A DNA stretch of 48,183 nt, taken from Macrostomum lignano (lineage: Eukaryota). Positions within the stretch are counted from its first letter, which is position 1. Every line of letters starts with the position of its first letter. A program made the position numbers and the translations under genes. The stretch covers positions 1 through 48,183 of the forward strand of contig NIVC01004370.1 of NCBI GenBank assembly GCA_002269645.1. The letters are read 5' to 3'. This document shows, piece by piece, positions 36,401 through 48,183 of the stretch. The notes beneath the pieces were generated by a model, which had not been told where the DNA came from, did not search any database, and worked only from the letters and a program-made list of their open reading frames with translations.

Positions 36401-39383
36401 TATCTAAAGTTTAAATTTAGGTTAAGCAATTTTGCAAATTGTTCTTTAGTCAATACTTGTTATAAAACTAGACCTATTTAATACAATTTCACCCTAGGTA
36501 ATAATATTATTAAAAAAGACAATTTTACTTAAAAGCTAATAATGTATTATTAAAAGCATTTAGACACTAGAAAAAAATTAAATGCCATTTGATTGATTGC
36601 TACCGTCAAGTGCCTTATTGCCACCGTCACCTGCCTTGTCATTGCCAATGTTCATCTTCTTTCTTTCAGTTTCCAACATGTGACTATACAGACATAGAAT
36701 TCTACGTAGACCAATGCTTTTCAGCCTCATTGCATCTAGATAAGATTCTATAGCTGTTCTTTGATGTTCATCAGCAGCCAGTCTGTTGGCGCTGTCTAGT
36801 GGCTCTTCCTTGGTAAGACGTTTTGGCCATTTCCTCAGGTATGAAATACGCCCAGAGGAGAACTTGCAGACCCCTGTCCAATGCTATGGTATTGGACTTC
36901 TGTCAGCCTTTCTTTCCATTCTTGTTTGTTTTCTAGAAGTCACTTTCATTAGAACTGGCAGATGCACCCTTTAAGTGCTCAAAAAAGCTCCTTTTGCCGT
37001 GGCAAGGCTAGTGGCCAGAATTTTGACATCTGCATTCAGGTTAGCATAACTGACCTGAGCCTTGGTTGAAGCATCCTCGCCGACTTTGGACAGACCACTA
37101 CTCTATAGCAATGACATATCATTAGCAGCACTATTGCTGTTTGGGATGATGCTGAAAACTGCTACACTTTCCAGTGCTTTTCGTAGCCTCATGCAATCTG
37201 GCAGTATCATCTTCAGACTATGACTGAGTGATGGAGATTGCAACTATGACTTTTTTGCTATCCTTGACAACATTTAGATTTCAAGTCATAGCCAGTGCGG
37301 CGTCAGTAAATGCATCCTCTATGACGCAGCACTCAGTCTCAAGCATCTTGATGCTCCATTTACACTTGTCTAGTATCTTTTCTGCGCTTTGTCTATTGGC
37401 AGCTGCCAATAAGCGCAACTTCTCAGCTTGTTCTTGCAACTGCAAGATCTCTGCAGTCTTCTCCTGTCTCAGCTTTGTAGCTTGTAGTTAGACTATGTTT
37501 AGTGCAACGCTTTTCATCATGCATCTGCATGTTTTTCTCTATTTTGGCATGCAAACTCAAAAGGTCTTGCTGCAGAAAGGGGTAACAAGTGCACTTACTC
37601 ACCAAGTTGATGGTCAGTACCAATGGCTATTGCCTGTAGCACTTTAAGACAACTTTCAATTGTCCCTTAGTGGAGTATAGGCCCTTGAAGATTGTGGCTT
37701 CATGCAGGGCTGCCTTTGAATTACCACCTTTGGCTATTCGAACTTGTACTTCATATCCTACGGAGTATTCCTGCTGCCCCCTGGATCTAGAACTGTTTGA
37801 AAATTGGGTCTGGCCAACTGAAGCCATTTGCTGTTTTGGATCTTGAAAATGGACAATCTAGTAGGCAATGTTTTCACTGCTGACCTTATCATTATAAGCC
37901 TATTTATTCTTTCTTTTATTTGCTGACTTTTCCTTCAAAGACTATGAGTATTGGATGAGTGTTAGATGAGTGTTGGGCAGTGTTGGATGAGTGTCTGGCA
38001 CTGTCAGATAAGTATCGGATGAGTGTTAGATGAGTGTTGAGCAGTATTTGATATGAGTGTCAGATAAGTATCAGATGAGTGTTGGGCAATGCTAGATGAG
38101 TGTCAAGCAGTGTCAGATGAGTGTCAGATTGATGCATGTCAGGCAATGTCAGATGAGTATTGGATAAGTATCAGATAAGTATCGGGTAAATGTCAGATAA
38201 GTGTTGGATAAGTATCAGATGAGTGTCTTAGGGCAGTGTTGCATATCAGTGTTGTGCCAGCAATAGTCTAGGCTAATGTCATAGGGCAATGTCACATGTC
38301 AATGTTGTGCCAGCGATAGTCTAAGCTAGTGTTGTAGGGCAGTGTTGCATGTCAGTGTTGTGCTAGCAACAATAGAGATTAGTGTTGTTTAATGTCATTT
38401 TTTGGAAGGCTATGACAATGCAAGTGTCCTCAAATGTTATATCCATGCTAACTATTTTATACCAGGTATAAATAAATATAAAATATTTTTATTAAAAACT
38501 GTATTAATACTCTGGATGATTAAGCAATTTAAATACAATATTTTAAAAATATATACCTTTATTTTCTAATAAAAGAGCTAATTTAAACTATTAAAAATAA
38601 AATATTTTGTTAAAATATTTTAAAATAAAAGGCTATAAACAAAAACTATTTTATGATAATGTTTATATATTGGCTATGCTTATTAATTAGTATATATATT
38701 ATAGCTTACCTTGCAAATTCAAAGCTATCAGAATGATCACCATGATGGCCATTACCATGCTTTTGGTAAAAGCGTAAATATGTCCAAGATACCAAAATTC
38801 CAGAAATAAATAGAAAGCAATACACAAAATTGACCAAGTGTAATAAAGTCATACAAATAACAATTAACATACAGATAAAAGATAGATGTTGATTTTTAAT
38901 ATTAGCAATTGGTAGAGACAAAATGATATCATCTGGCAAAGTTTGCCGGACTGCAACAGTGATGGCTGCAGCATATGCAATCATTCCATGGATGTGGGTA
39001 TTGAAAATTATTTGCAAAGAATAGGTAAACAGATAAAGAAAATAGCAAAGGAAGAAGCACATCAAACCACTCATTACAGTAACAATAAGTAGATACTTCA
39101 TTAGCTCTCTCTGGCCCCACAGGGGTTCAAGTAATGTATTCGAGAAAAAGAGAGTCACAATATCAATGATTACACAATACCAGTGGTCATCATAAAATAT
39201 GAAAGTGAACAATGTCCAAACATAGTAGTTTGGAGGCATAAAATAGCCTGGAGTAATAGCAAGCAGCTTTTTTGATTCCTTGAAGAATGAAAGGGCGTAG
39301 AAAAGAATTAGAAAACCGCCGATCAGTTTGGTGATAAGACTGCATTTTTTGTAAGCAGCAACAAAGCTATCTGCGATCGACAT
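33222..39383 (-). CDS. TMEM115: Transmembrane protein 115 (rhomboid-like Golgi membrane protein); complement join 39383-38710,35250-34949,33448-33222; 400 aa
   Basis: Motifs PGYFMPPNYYVWTLFT, LEPLWG, SWTYLRFYQ, GDHSDSFEFARFFP and DESERRKQMALKALNDRL match recalled TMEM115. Exons 674+302+227 = 1203 nt with GT-AG phases 2 and 1. AATAAA on the minus strand at 32985-32990. Confidence 0.93.
33552..33604 (-). repeat. Dispersed small element, copy e (degenerate)
   Basis: GGGGCAGCTGTACACCTGTGTGAGCGTGCGTACCCATGGGTCAGGAGGAATAG on the minus strand. Confidence 0.55.
33725..34862. repeat. 32-bp minisatellite, about 35 copies, in TMEM115 intron 2
   Basis: TTGGCATTGTGAAGCTTCGGGTTTGTGAA(C/G)T(T/C). Confidence 0.96.
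34949..35250 (-). CDS. TMEM115: TMEM115 exon 2 (FFPNHLVPPVSIVANAIF...ERRKQMALKALNDRL)
   Basis: ttttag acceptor, G|gtaagc donor, conserved ERRxQxALKALNxRL. Confidence 0.93.
35792..36360. mobile_element. AT-rich foldback / MITE-like inverted repeat (arms about 35792-36004 and 36143-36360)
   Basis: Reverse complement of ...ggcaatttgttaataatgtattgtaaaacaaaagtgaag aligns with cttcacttttgtttcatgatacattattaacaaattgtc..., and the match extends outward to gcattc/gaatgc. Confidence 0.7.
36640..37860 (-). pseudogene. Decayed protein-coding remnant (possible TE ORF1/gag-like) in TMEM115 intron 1
   Basis: Protein-like segments broken by stops and shifts, e.g. LQATKLRQEKTAEILQLQEQAEKLRLLAAANRQSAEKILDK, SKVGEDASTKAQVSYANLNADVKILATSLATAKG, KRLTKEEPLDSANRLAADEHQRTAIESYLDAMRL; family not recognised. 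Confidence 0.45.
37945..38395. repeat. Old degenerate short-period repeats
   Basis: GATGAGTGTCA / GATAAGTATCA, then CAGTGTTG-based units. Confidence 0.75.
38710..39383 (-). CDS. TMEM115: TMEM115 exon 1 (multi-pass TM region)
   Basis: ATG at 39383, hydrophobic segments, AG|gtaagc donor. Confidence 0.95.
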
Positions 39384-39949
39384 GGTACAAAGTCAAAGAC
39401 AATGGAAAAATATTGCTTTGTATTGTATGCAGAAATTTCTCTAAAGATTAGTCAAACGAAGTTTACAGCCCGTAGCGTTGCGCACACAGTATACCACAGT
39501 CTCATGAGAAATTAATTAGCTAACAATATGATGCTTAGGATAGCCTAATACGGGCACGAGACTGGTTTCTTCACTCAAGTCGTTTGTCCATCATGATGAT
39601 AATACGAAGAGCTTTTTAAGCTTAGCAAGCTTTAAAAGATTTTCATTTTATAGTATAATTTGATACTGGTTTTTCGTCCTTAAGTCTAATTTAAGAATAA
39701 AAACTATGAAAAGGTAGCTGAAAAAATGAAAAATTGCTTTAGACTGTGTTTAATGAAAGTGAATAGCTCTCATATTTGTTTTACTAATTATTTTTCTATT
39801 TTTTTAATTTCACTTGTATATAAGAAAGCTTTTCGTCCGAAAGATCCACTCGTCGATTCTGGCAAAAATTAAGACAGGGAGGATTTGCAATATTTTATGA
39901 ATGTGAGATCAGATAATTAATTAGTTAAATCGCTTAAGGTTGCAACAAA
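39384..39949. promoter_or_regulatory. Probable bidirectional promoter and 5' UTRs of TMEM115 and GLDC
   Basis: 566 bp between divergent start codons; no specific motif identified. Confidence 0.6.
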
Positions 39950-40174
39950 ATGCATCGACTTTTGCTTTCCAGTCGGCAGACTTTCGGCAGAGTCAGTCTT
40001 AAAACTCTAGTTGCTCCGCCATCAACATTCCTATCAGCACCAAGTTGTCAACTAACTTGCACCAAAGTATTTTCGAGCGACTCAAAGTTTCCTAAGAGTA
40101 GTTCATTTGCTGCGCGCCACATCGGGCCATCAACAGTAGACATTCGAGTGATGGTTAACGAAGTAGGATTAAAG
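39950..40174 (+). CDS. GLDC: GLDC exon 1
   Basis: ATG at 39950, RHIGP motif, AAG|gtaaat. Confidence 0.92.
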
Positions 40175-43100
40175 GTAAATTTCGGATTGTGTTTGCAGCT
40201 TTGTAAGAGTTTTTCTTTACCTTAAAAACTAACTTGTTCTTGGGCTTCGAAAAATAATGTGTTAATTAATTTTTCAGTCAATTTATTTTAATAATCGTTA
40301 ACAAGCCAATCTTGTACATCGAACCACATCGATTTTTTCAGTCGATTGACGAGATCGTACAAAAAGCAATTCCTGCAAGTATCAGACTGACTGATGAACT
40401 AAAGCTTGATCCTGCGATTGGTAAGCTGATCGGTTCATTTTGTTTCTTTGAGCTAAAGTTAAAGCACGGTTTTAAAATATTTTTCAGGGGAACATGAACT
40501 TCTTTCGAGCCTAAAAGAGATGGCAGCAGAGAATCAAGTTTGGCGGACCTACATTGGTATGGGATATTACAACTGCTTCGTACCGACTGTAATCCAGCGG
40601 AATGTCCTAGAGAATCCTGGTTGGTAAGCACACGTATCGGAGCAGATAAATATTATAATTAAATACATGTAGTTACCAGTGATCAACAGCTCTCCACTCT
40701 CTCATCACCTGCATGCCAGTCTAAGCTGGGGCCTTGAGACGAAAATTGCATCACACAGAGTTGAGACGAGAACCGCGGGTTGTGGTGTGAATTGCGTCAC
40801 TTGGGGTTGAGATCTAAGAACAGTTGACCACTGCATGGTTTTGGGGTGGCAACTTTAACATGTTGCTGAGTGTACATATCTTGTAATAAACCTACTCTTT
40901 TGCCCCCAAATAAAGGATCACGCAGTACACGCCCTACCAGGCGGAGATATCGCAGGGCAGGTTGGAGAGTCTGCTGAATTTTCAGACAATGATCTGCGAC
41001 CTCACAGCCATGGAGAACGCCAACGCATCCCTGCTAGACGAGGGAACCGCAGCAGCTGAGGCGATGGCCATGTGCTACAGGTGGGTTTTAATTTTTTTTA
41101 TTGTTGATATCATTAAATTTAGGCTAACTATACGCGTACTGCAATGCTTATAATTTATATTTTGTCGTAGTTTTCTAACCGGGTTAGATGCTTAGCCACT
41201 GAAAAGAAGGTTAAAGCAATATAACTGTATATACTATTGCGCATCGGTGAAACACACTGTTCTATAGGGTGGTGTTTAGAGGGCTGCAACACCCAAAAGA
41301 GCTGAGCAGGGCTGCCTTTCCGTCTCTCTGTTGCTGTTTGCTGCGCTGCCAGCAAGGCACAAAGGGGAGACAGAGAAGAATATGGGGAGAAGCGGAGAAG
41401 TTTTTGCGTATACAAAACCGCGGCATGAAAGAGTTGCAGGCTGCAGAACAGTGAATGAGTACAGTGTTGAGAATGATTGGTCACGCCATGCATTTAGAGT
41501 TCGCCGGGTTAGGGGATTTGTACTTTTGTTTCATAATGAGAGGGCGAAAATTGTACAGATCTGTAGCCTCAGTCAAGCTGTCCATCTGTGCTCATGTACA
41601 GTCACCAGATTAAAAGCTCAATTGAGTCATTTTATGTATTTGTGTGCTACTCAATAAACGTGAACAAAAGTTCCGATAGTCCACGCACACACAGGCATTC
41701 ATTCAGGTTTGGGCCGGTGCCCTGCATGCAGTTCACCGCGCGCTTTAATTCAACTTTGAATTGGCCCTTAGTAAGCAAATTCGCTTGTTGCAAAGAGATC
41801 GCGAGGGTCTGACAGGAATCGAACGTGCGCCCGAACTGTGCGTGCGCCCTGCCCCCAATAAACTGTATAACATAAACTAACTAAATACTATATGAAACCA
41901 CTGACTTGAAACGCAGAAAGCAAGCAAGTTGGCAGAACGTGTACCAGCCTACAATTTGCATGCCTAAATTTCCTGATAAGTCTAAGCAGATAGCGTAGAC
42001 ACTACTTTGTGTACTTGGCTTCTGGCTTGCTCAAGTGCTTTCAAAACTGCTGTCTTTATACGCCCCTTTTTGCTTAGACCAAGTTTTTTTAGCACTTTAA
42101 TCATTAGGGTCAATTAGGGTCAATCAATGACCTCAATCAGGAGTAATACCAGTTAGACTAGGGAGAATCCAACAATGACTTTCAATGCTTTTTGGGGAAT
42201 TCAAAACTTTGTACTTTTATGCTTGCAATCCTTATTTTCTCCGTGCCCCTTCATTTGCATTGCTAAACCAATGTACGCCTGCGGTTAATCATGCTCAAGA
42301 ACTAACACCCAACTAACAGCGTAACTTGAGAATGCTTTCTTAGCTTTATCTATTGTAATTCGTACTTTTACAGGTAGTTACACGACGGGAAACTGCGTGT
42401 AAAAATATAATTTTATGTGCCAATAACTTACTGGTAGTAGTAGGCAGAAAAAGAAAAATATCACATTTTTTTTTAAAATTGTGAAATTGCCCAAAAAACT
42501 TTCCAGACAAAACAAGCGGAAATCATTTTTAGTGGACTGCAAGTGTCACCCGCAGACCATCGCTGTTGTGCAAGGACGAGCTGAGTAAGTCTCTGTTAAG
42601 TACTTTTTCCCTGAAAATTGTCTTCCAAGAGAGAGGCCCAGCTTGGAATTCGACCTGTTACTGTAACTACTGTAACTGCGTATCGAAATCATAATTCAAA
42701 TTGCCCCCCCCCCCAGCCATTGTCAGCCGTCAACAATATTACACATTAAAACCACCTGCTATCGACGTAATTCTTTACCAGCACTATCTGTATCCACACC
42801 ACCTGTTACCAGCATCATCTGTTACCAGCATCACCTGTTACCAGCATCATCTGTTACCAGCATCACCTGTTACCAGCATCATCTGTTACCAGCATCATCT
42901 GTTACCAGCATCATCTGTTACCAGCATCATCTGTTACCAGCATCACCTGTTACCAGCATCATCTGTTACCAGCATCATCTGTTACCAGCATCATCTGTTA
43001 CCAGCATCATCTGTTACCAGCATCACCTGCTACCAGCATCACCTGCTACCAGCATCACCTGCTACCAGCATCACCTGCTACCAGCATCACCTGCTACCAG

Positions 43101-46100
43101 CATCACCTGTTACCAGCATCACCTGCTACCAGCATCACCTGTTACCAGCATCACCTGTTACCAGTATCACCTGCTACCAGCATCACCTGTTACCAGCATC
43201 ACCTTTAACCAGCATCACCTGCTACCAGCATCACCTGCTACCAGCATCACCTGTTACCAGCATCACCTGCTACCAGCATCACTGTTACCAGCATCACCTG
43301 TTACCAGCATCACCTGTAACCAGCATCACCTGCTACCAGCATCACCTGCTACCAGCATCACCTGTTACCAGCATCACCTGCTACCAGCATCACCTGTTAC
43401 CAGCATCACCTGCTACCAGCATCACCTGTTACCCGTATCACCTGCTACCAGCAGCAACTGTTACCAGTATCACCTGCTACCAGCATCTTCTGTTACCAGC
43501 ATCACCTGCTACCAGCATCATCTGTTACCAGCATCACCTGTAACCAGCATCACTGTTACCAGCATCACCTGTAACCAGCATCACTGTTACCAGCATCATC
43601 TGTTACCAGCATCACCTGTAACCAGCATCACCTGTTACCAGAATCATCTGCTACCAGCATCATCTGTTACCAACATCCATCACCTGTTACCAAAATCACC
43701 TGTTACCAAAATCACCTGTTACCAGCATCACCTGTTGCGAGCATCCGCCATCAAAACCGTTCATTTAACGAAACCCCGCAGACTCTTCGGCATCAAAGTC
43801 AATGTCGTGGACATCACGCCGGACTTGGACATGCACGAGGCCTGCGGCATTCTGGTCCAATACCCGGACACTGATGGCTGCGTCCAGACCAACCTGGCCC
43901 AGGTGGCCGAGCTGGCCAAGCAGAAAAAGGTGAGAATGGCTTTGCTGAAATTGTCTATTCAGCTCGCAGCTCGCAGCTCGGAGTTATTGATCTCTACGAT
44001 GATTTCTCACACCGTTCCCAGACTGTGGTCTGCGTGGCCACCGATCTGCTGGCGCTGACGCTGCTGACTCCGCCTGGCGAGCTCGGCGCTGACGTGGTCC
44101 TGGGCTCGAGTCAGCGATTCGGTGTGCCGCTCGGCTACGGCGGTCCGCACGCTGCCTTCTTCGCCGCCAGGAAGGAGTTCATCAGACACATGCCTGGCCG
44201 GATGGTGGGCGTCACGAAGTGAGCGCAGCGCTATTTTGCTACTCATAGTAGCATACGAGCGTACAGATTTAGATGGTAGAGCAGACTGACTATAGGCTCA
44301 GAAGAATAACTTCACAGTCGCCTTATGAAGTTACACCGAAGCAAGCCTATATTCAGATGCGTACTAACCAATGCTAAATCAGCTTAACTTGCAGCGAATA
44401 CGCTTACCCACTGGGCTAGCAAGCACCCTGTACACACCAGACACACAAGTCTAACAAACAACAGACACACCTATCTCACAGGTGGACACATCAAGCCAAT
44501 CTAACAAACAACAGACACTCATCTGTCTCACAGATAGGTGGACACATCAAGCCAATCTAACAATCAACAGACATACACCTGTCTCACAGATAGGTGGACA
44601 CAGCAAGCCAATCTAACAAACAACAGACACTCATCTGTCTCACAGATATATGGACACATCAAGCCAATCAATAAACAACAGACACACCTGTCTCAAAGGT
44701 AGACACATTAATTAAATATTCAAGTTTCTTCACCAATTTACGATTGCACAGCCGACTCGCATTGCCCAGTGAAAAATTAAAAATAGATTTCACCTGCCTG
44801 CTCTCGCAAGTTTTCCATATCAGTGCAGTGGAAAAGTGTCCAGTCGCGCGGTGCGTGCCTATTGCATGCAACTGGTTATATAGAGAAGTTAAATGCTGTA
44901 ATTTCAACTTGGCAGACCGCAGCTGGATGATATGTTGATCCATGAAGTCAGAGATATACAGACAGGAAATTTCCTGAGTGCCAAGAGGTCGTAAAATTAA
45001 ATTCTTACCATAAATTTGCTGCTATTTAATAACGTTTCTTTCAGTTAATCAGCAACTGCTAGCTTACTAGCAGTAGTGTATACAGATTTACTGTTTTTAC
45101 TCTAGTTTTTATGCCGAAGCACTGAGAAAAGCAGAACTACTGAATATTCTTAAATCCCATTTGCTATAAAAATACTATAAAACACTGTCATCAATGTACC
45201 GATCTGCCACCCCTGACAGCCAATCTCGGCCACCCCTGACACCCAGTCTCGGCCACCCCTGGCACCAATCTCGGCCACCCCTGTCACCCAATCTCGGCCA
45301 CCTCTGATACCCAATCTTGGCCATCCTGGCACCCAGTCTCGGCCACCCCTGTCACCCAGTCTCGGCCATCCCTGATACCCAATTTCGGCCACCTCTAATA
45401 CCCAATCTCGGCCATCCTGGCACCCAATATCGGCCACCCCTGGCACCCAGTCTCGGCCACCCCTGGCACCCAGTCTCGGCCACCCCTGGCACCCAATCTC
45501 GGCCACCCCTGGCACCCAGTCTCGGCCACCCCTGGCACCCAATCTCGGCCACCCCTGGCACCCAGTCTCGGCCACCCCTGGCACCCAATCTCGGCCACCC
45601 CTGGCACCCAATCTCGGCCACCTCTGATACCCAATCTTGGCCATCCTGGCACCCAGTCTCGGCCACCCTGTCACCCAGTCTCGGCCATCCCTGATACCCA
45701 ATTTCGGCCACCTCTAATACCCAATCTCGGCCATCCTGGCACCCAATATCGGCCACCCCTGGCACCCAGTCTCGGCCACCCCTGGCACCCAGTCTCGGCC
45801 ACCCCTGGCACCCAATCTCGGCCACCCCTGGCACCCAGTCTCGGCCACCCCTGGCACCCAATCTCGGCCACCCCTGGCACCCAGTCTCGGCCACCCCTGG
45901 CACCCAATCTCGGCCACCCCTGGCACCCAATCTCGGCCACCTCTGATACCCAATCTTGGCCATTCTGGCACCCAGTCTCGGCCACCCCTGTCACCCAGTC
46001 TCGGCCATCCCTGATACCCAATTTCGGCCACCTCTAATACCCAATCTCGGCCATCCTGGCACCCAATATCGGCCACCCCTGGCACCCAGTCTCGGCCACT

Positions 46101-46416
46101 CCTGGCACCCGCTTCTACCGCACTTTAGTCCTCCATTATTGTTTCGCGCTCAAAATTGTTCCGCAACGTCCAAGTCCGCGGGTTTCTACCAGATTCACCC
46201 CGCTCGCCCACAGGGACCGGCACGGCAACATGGCCTACAGGCTGGCCTTGCAGACCCGAGAGCAGCACATCAGGCGAGACAAGGCAACTTCCAACGTGTG
46301 CACCGCCCAGGCGCTGCTGGCCAACATGTCGGCGATGTACGCGGTGTACCACGGGCCTAGGGGACTCCAGCGCATCGGTCAGCGGGTGCACAACTTTGCC
46401 AGGGTGCTGGCAAAAG
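39950..46416 (+). CDS. GLDC: Glycine dehydrogenase (decarboxylating), mitochondrial P-protein; 5' part, join 39950-40174,40342-40420,40488-40623,40916-41080,42507-42584,43782-43929,44022-44218,46214-46416; continues beyond window
   Basis: [120 protein letters not shown]. All junction phases agree (0,1,2,2,2,0,2,1). The N-terminus is Arg/Ser/Leu-rich and lacks acidic residues, like a mitochondrial presequence. Confidence 0.97.
40342..40420 (+). CDS. GLDC: GLDC exon 2 ([16 protein letters not shown])
   Basis: tttcag acceptor, G|gtaagc donor. Confidence 0.92.
40488..40623 (+). CDS. GLDC: GLDC exon 3 (YIGMGYY...ENPGW)
   Basis: Conserved motifs; follows a 67-bp intron. Confidence 0.95.
40916..41080 (+). 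CDS. GLDC: GLDC exon 4 ([16 protein letters not shown]...AMCYR)
   Basis: Conserved motifs; phase 2 to 2. Confidence 0.97.
42507..42584 (+). CDS. GLDC: GLDC exon 5 ([24 protein letters not shown])
   Basis: Conserved HPQT motif; ttccag acceptor, gtaagt donor. Confidence 0.93.
   Translation, partial: TKQAEIIFSGLQVSPADHRCCARTS
42790..43737. repeat. 16-bp minisatellite, about 58 copies, in GLDC intron 5
   Basis: CCAGCATCA(C/T)CTG(T/C)TA. Confidence 0.96.
43782..43929 (+). CDS. GLDC: GLDC exon 6 ([11 protein letters not shown])
   Basis: Conserved LxQYPxTxG; phase 2 to 0. Confidence 0.93.
44022..44218 (+). CDS. GLDC: GLDC exon 7 (PPGELGAD...[18 protein letters not shown])
   Basis: Conserved motifs; phase 0 to 2. 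Confidence 0.97.
44440..44705. repeat. 56-bp minisatellite, about 4.5 copies
   Basis: GGACAC markers at 44484, 44540, 44596, 44652. Confidence 0.9.
45205..46108. repeat. 23-bp minisatellite with ~320-bp higher-order repeat (x3)
   Basis: CACCCA(A/G)TCTCGGCCACCCCTGG; variant CTCTGATACCCAATCTTGG near 45301, 45621, 45940. Confidence 0.95.
46214..46416 (+). CDS. GLDC: GLDC exon 8 ([30 protein letters not shown])
   Basis: Conserved motifs; cccacag acceptor, G|gtgagt donor. Confidence 0.97.
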
Positions 46417-46494
46417 GTGAGTTGCAGGCTTCTTTGGCTTTTTTTAGAATGCGCTTGGTTGATTCATTCTAGAAATTTATCTATCAGTCAGTGC

Positions 46495-47235
<741 letters not shown>

Positions 47236-47811
47236 GCTATCTATCGATATAATAGTGTATTGATACCGGTCTGTAGTGAACCAGTACAAGACGTTCTTTA
47301 AACATTAAATTTGTAGCGTATTTCGTCAGATACGAGTAACACAGTGCTGTGGATTTCCAAACCAACTGTCAATTAGCATGCACAGGTGCTCCGATTATCA
47401 GAAACCCGAAAAGATCAGACTTTGAAACCTTAATAGGGTTCTTCCTACTATACGTAGGTGGGCCAAAAAGTAAGGCATACTTTTTTTATCTATTAAGAAG
47501 AATTTCGTGGCGCAGTGTACAGCCGGTCAGGGTTGCCCCCAGTGACGGAAATCGCCCAGCCAAGTGCCAGAATTTTCCGCAGCAATTCCGCCAGTTGGAA
47601 ACTCTCGAAAAACATTTTCATGTCGAAAAATCAACTAACTGACAGACGGATCACTTGAAGGAATTCCACTGGTTTCTCAAACAGAGAACCCCCCGGAAGA
47701 GAGCTATTTAAAGCCATCAAAATTAGAAGTGTAAATATAAAAACCCTCAGAACTACTAAGAGTAACACAATAGCGATATTTCAGTGAATTTATTTTGCAC
47801 GTTTTTGCAGC

Positions 47812-48183
47812 TAACTAATCTACACACATCTCGCCACTAATCTACACACTCTCCGCCACTAATCTACACAATCTCGGCACTAATCTACACAATCTCGCCA
47901 TAATCTACACAATCTCGCACTAATCTACACACTCTCCGCCACTAATCTACACAATCTCGGCCACTAATCTACACAATCTCGGCCACTAATCAACACAATC
48001 TCGGCACTAACCTACACATCTCTTCATTAATTTATGCAATCCGGTCACTAATCTACACAATCTGCGGCCACTTATCTACACAGTCTCGGCCATTATTCTA
48101 AGCAATCTCGGACGCTAATATTACACAATCTCGGCAACTAATCTACAAAATTTCGGCGCACTACTCTACATAATCGCGACCCT
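47812..48183. repeat. Degenerate ~22-bp minisatellite running off the window
   Basis: CACTAATCTACACAATCTCGGC. Confidence 0.85.

Noticed and set aside
42104-42122. TTAGGG twice
   Set aside because: An 11-bp local duplication, not a telomeric tract

Overview
Eukaryotic (animal) genomic DNA with spliceosomal GT-AG introns, and most larger introns are filled by a private mini- or microsatellite. The style resembles the flatworm Macrostomum lignano, but the species call is only an inference. Three recognisable genes were reconstructed exon by exon with splice phases checked. (1) A minus-strand tensin-like gene (about 15 exons, 13447 to 843) encodes PTEN-like phosphatase and C2 domains plus a long low-complexity tail. 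It shows three apparent 1-nt deletions and no SH2/PTB exons in the window. (2) TMEM115 on the minus strand has 3 exons, 39383 to 33222, 400 aa. (3) Mitochondrial glycine dehydrogenase GLDC on the plus strand has exons 1-8, 39950 to 46416, and runs off the window; it is head-to-head with TMEM115. Between tensin and TMEM115 there is a probable cryptic minus-strand gene starting MLCCCRC (23493 to 18945 or beyond). Other features are a tRNA-headed CORE-type SINE (two copies, one with an 11-bp TSD), five dispersed copies of a 55-95 bp element able to form a conserved pseudoknot-like fold, a ~215-bp-arm foldback, and a decayed ORF in TMEM115 intron 1. The very long ORFs in the ORF track are tandem-repeat artefacts. 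No prokaryotic system or CRISPR array is present.
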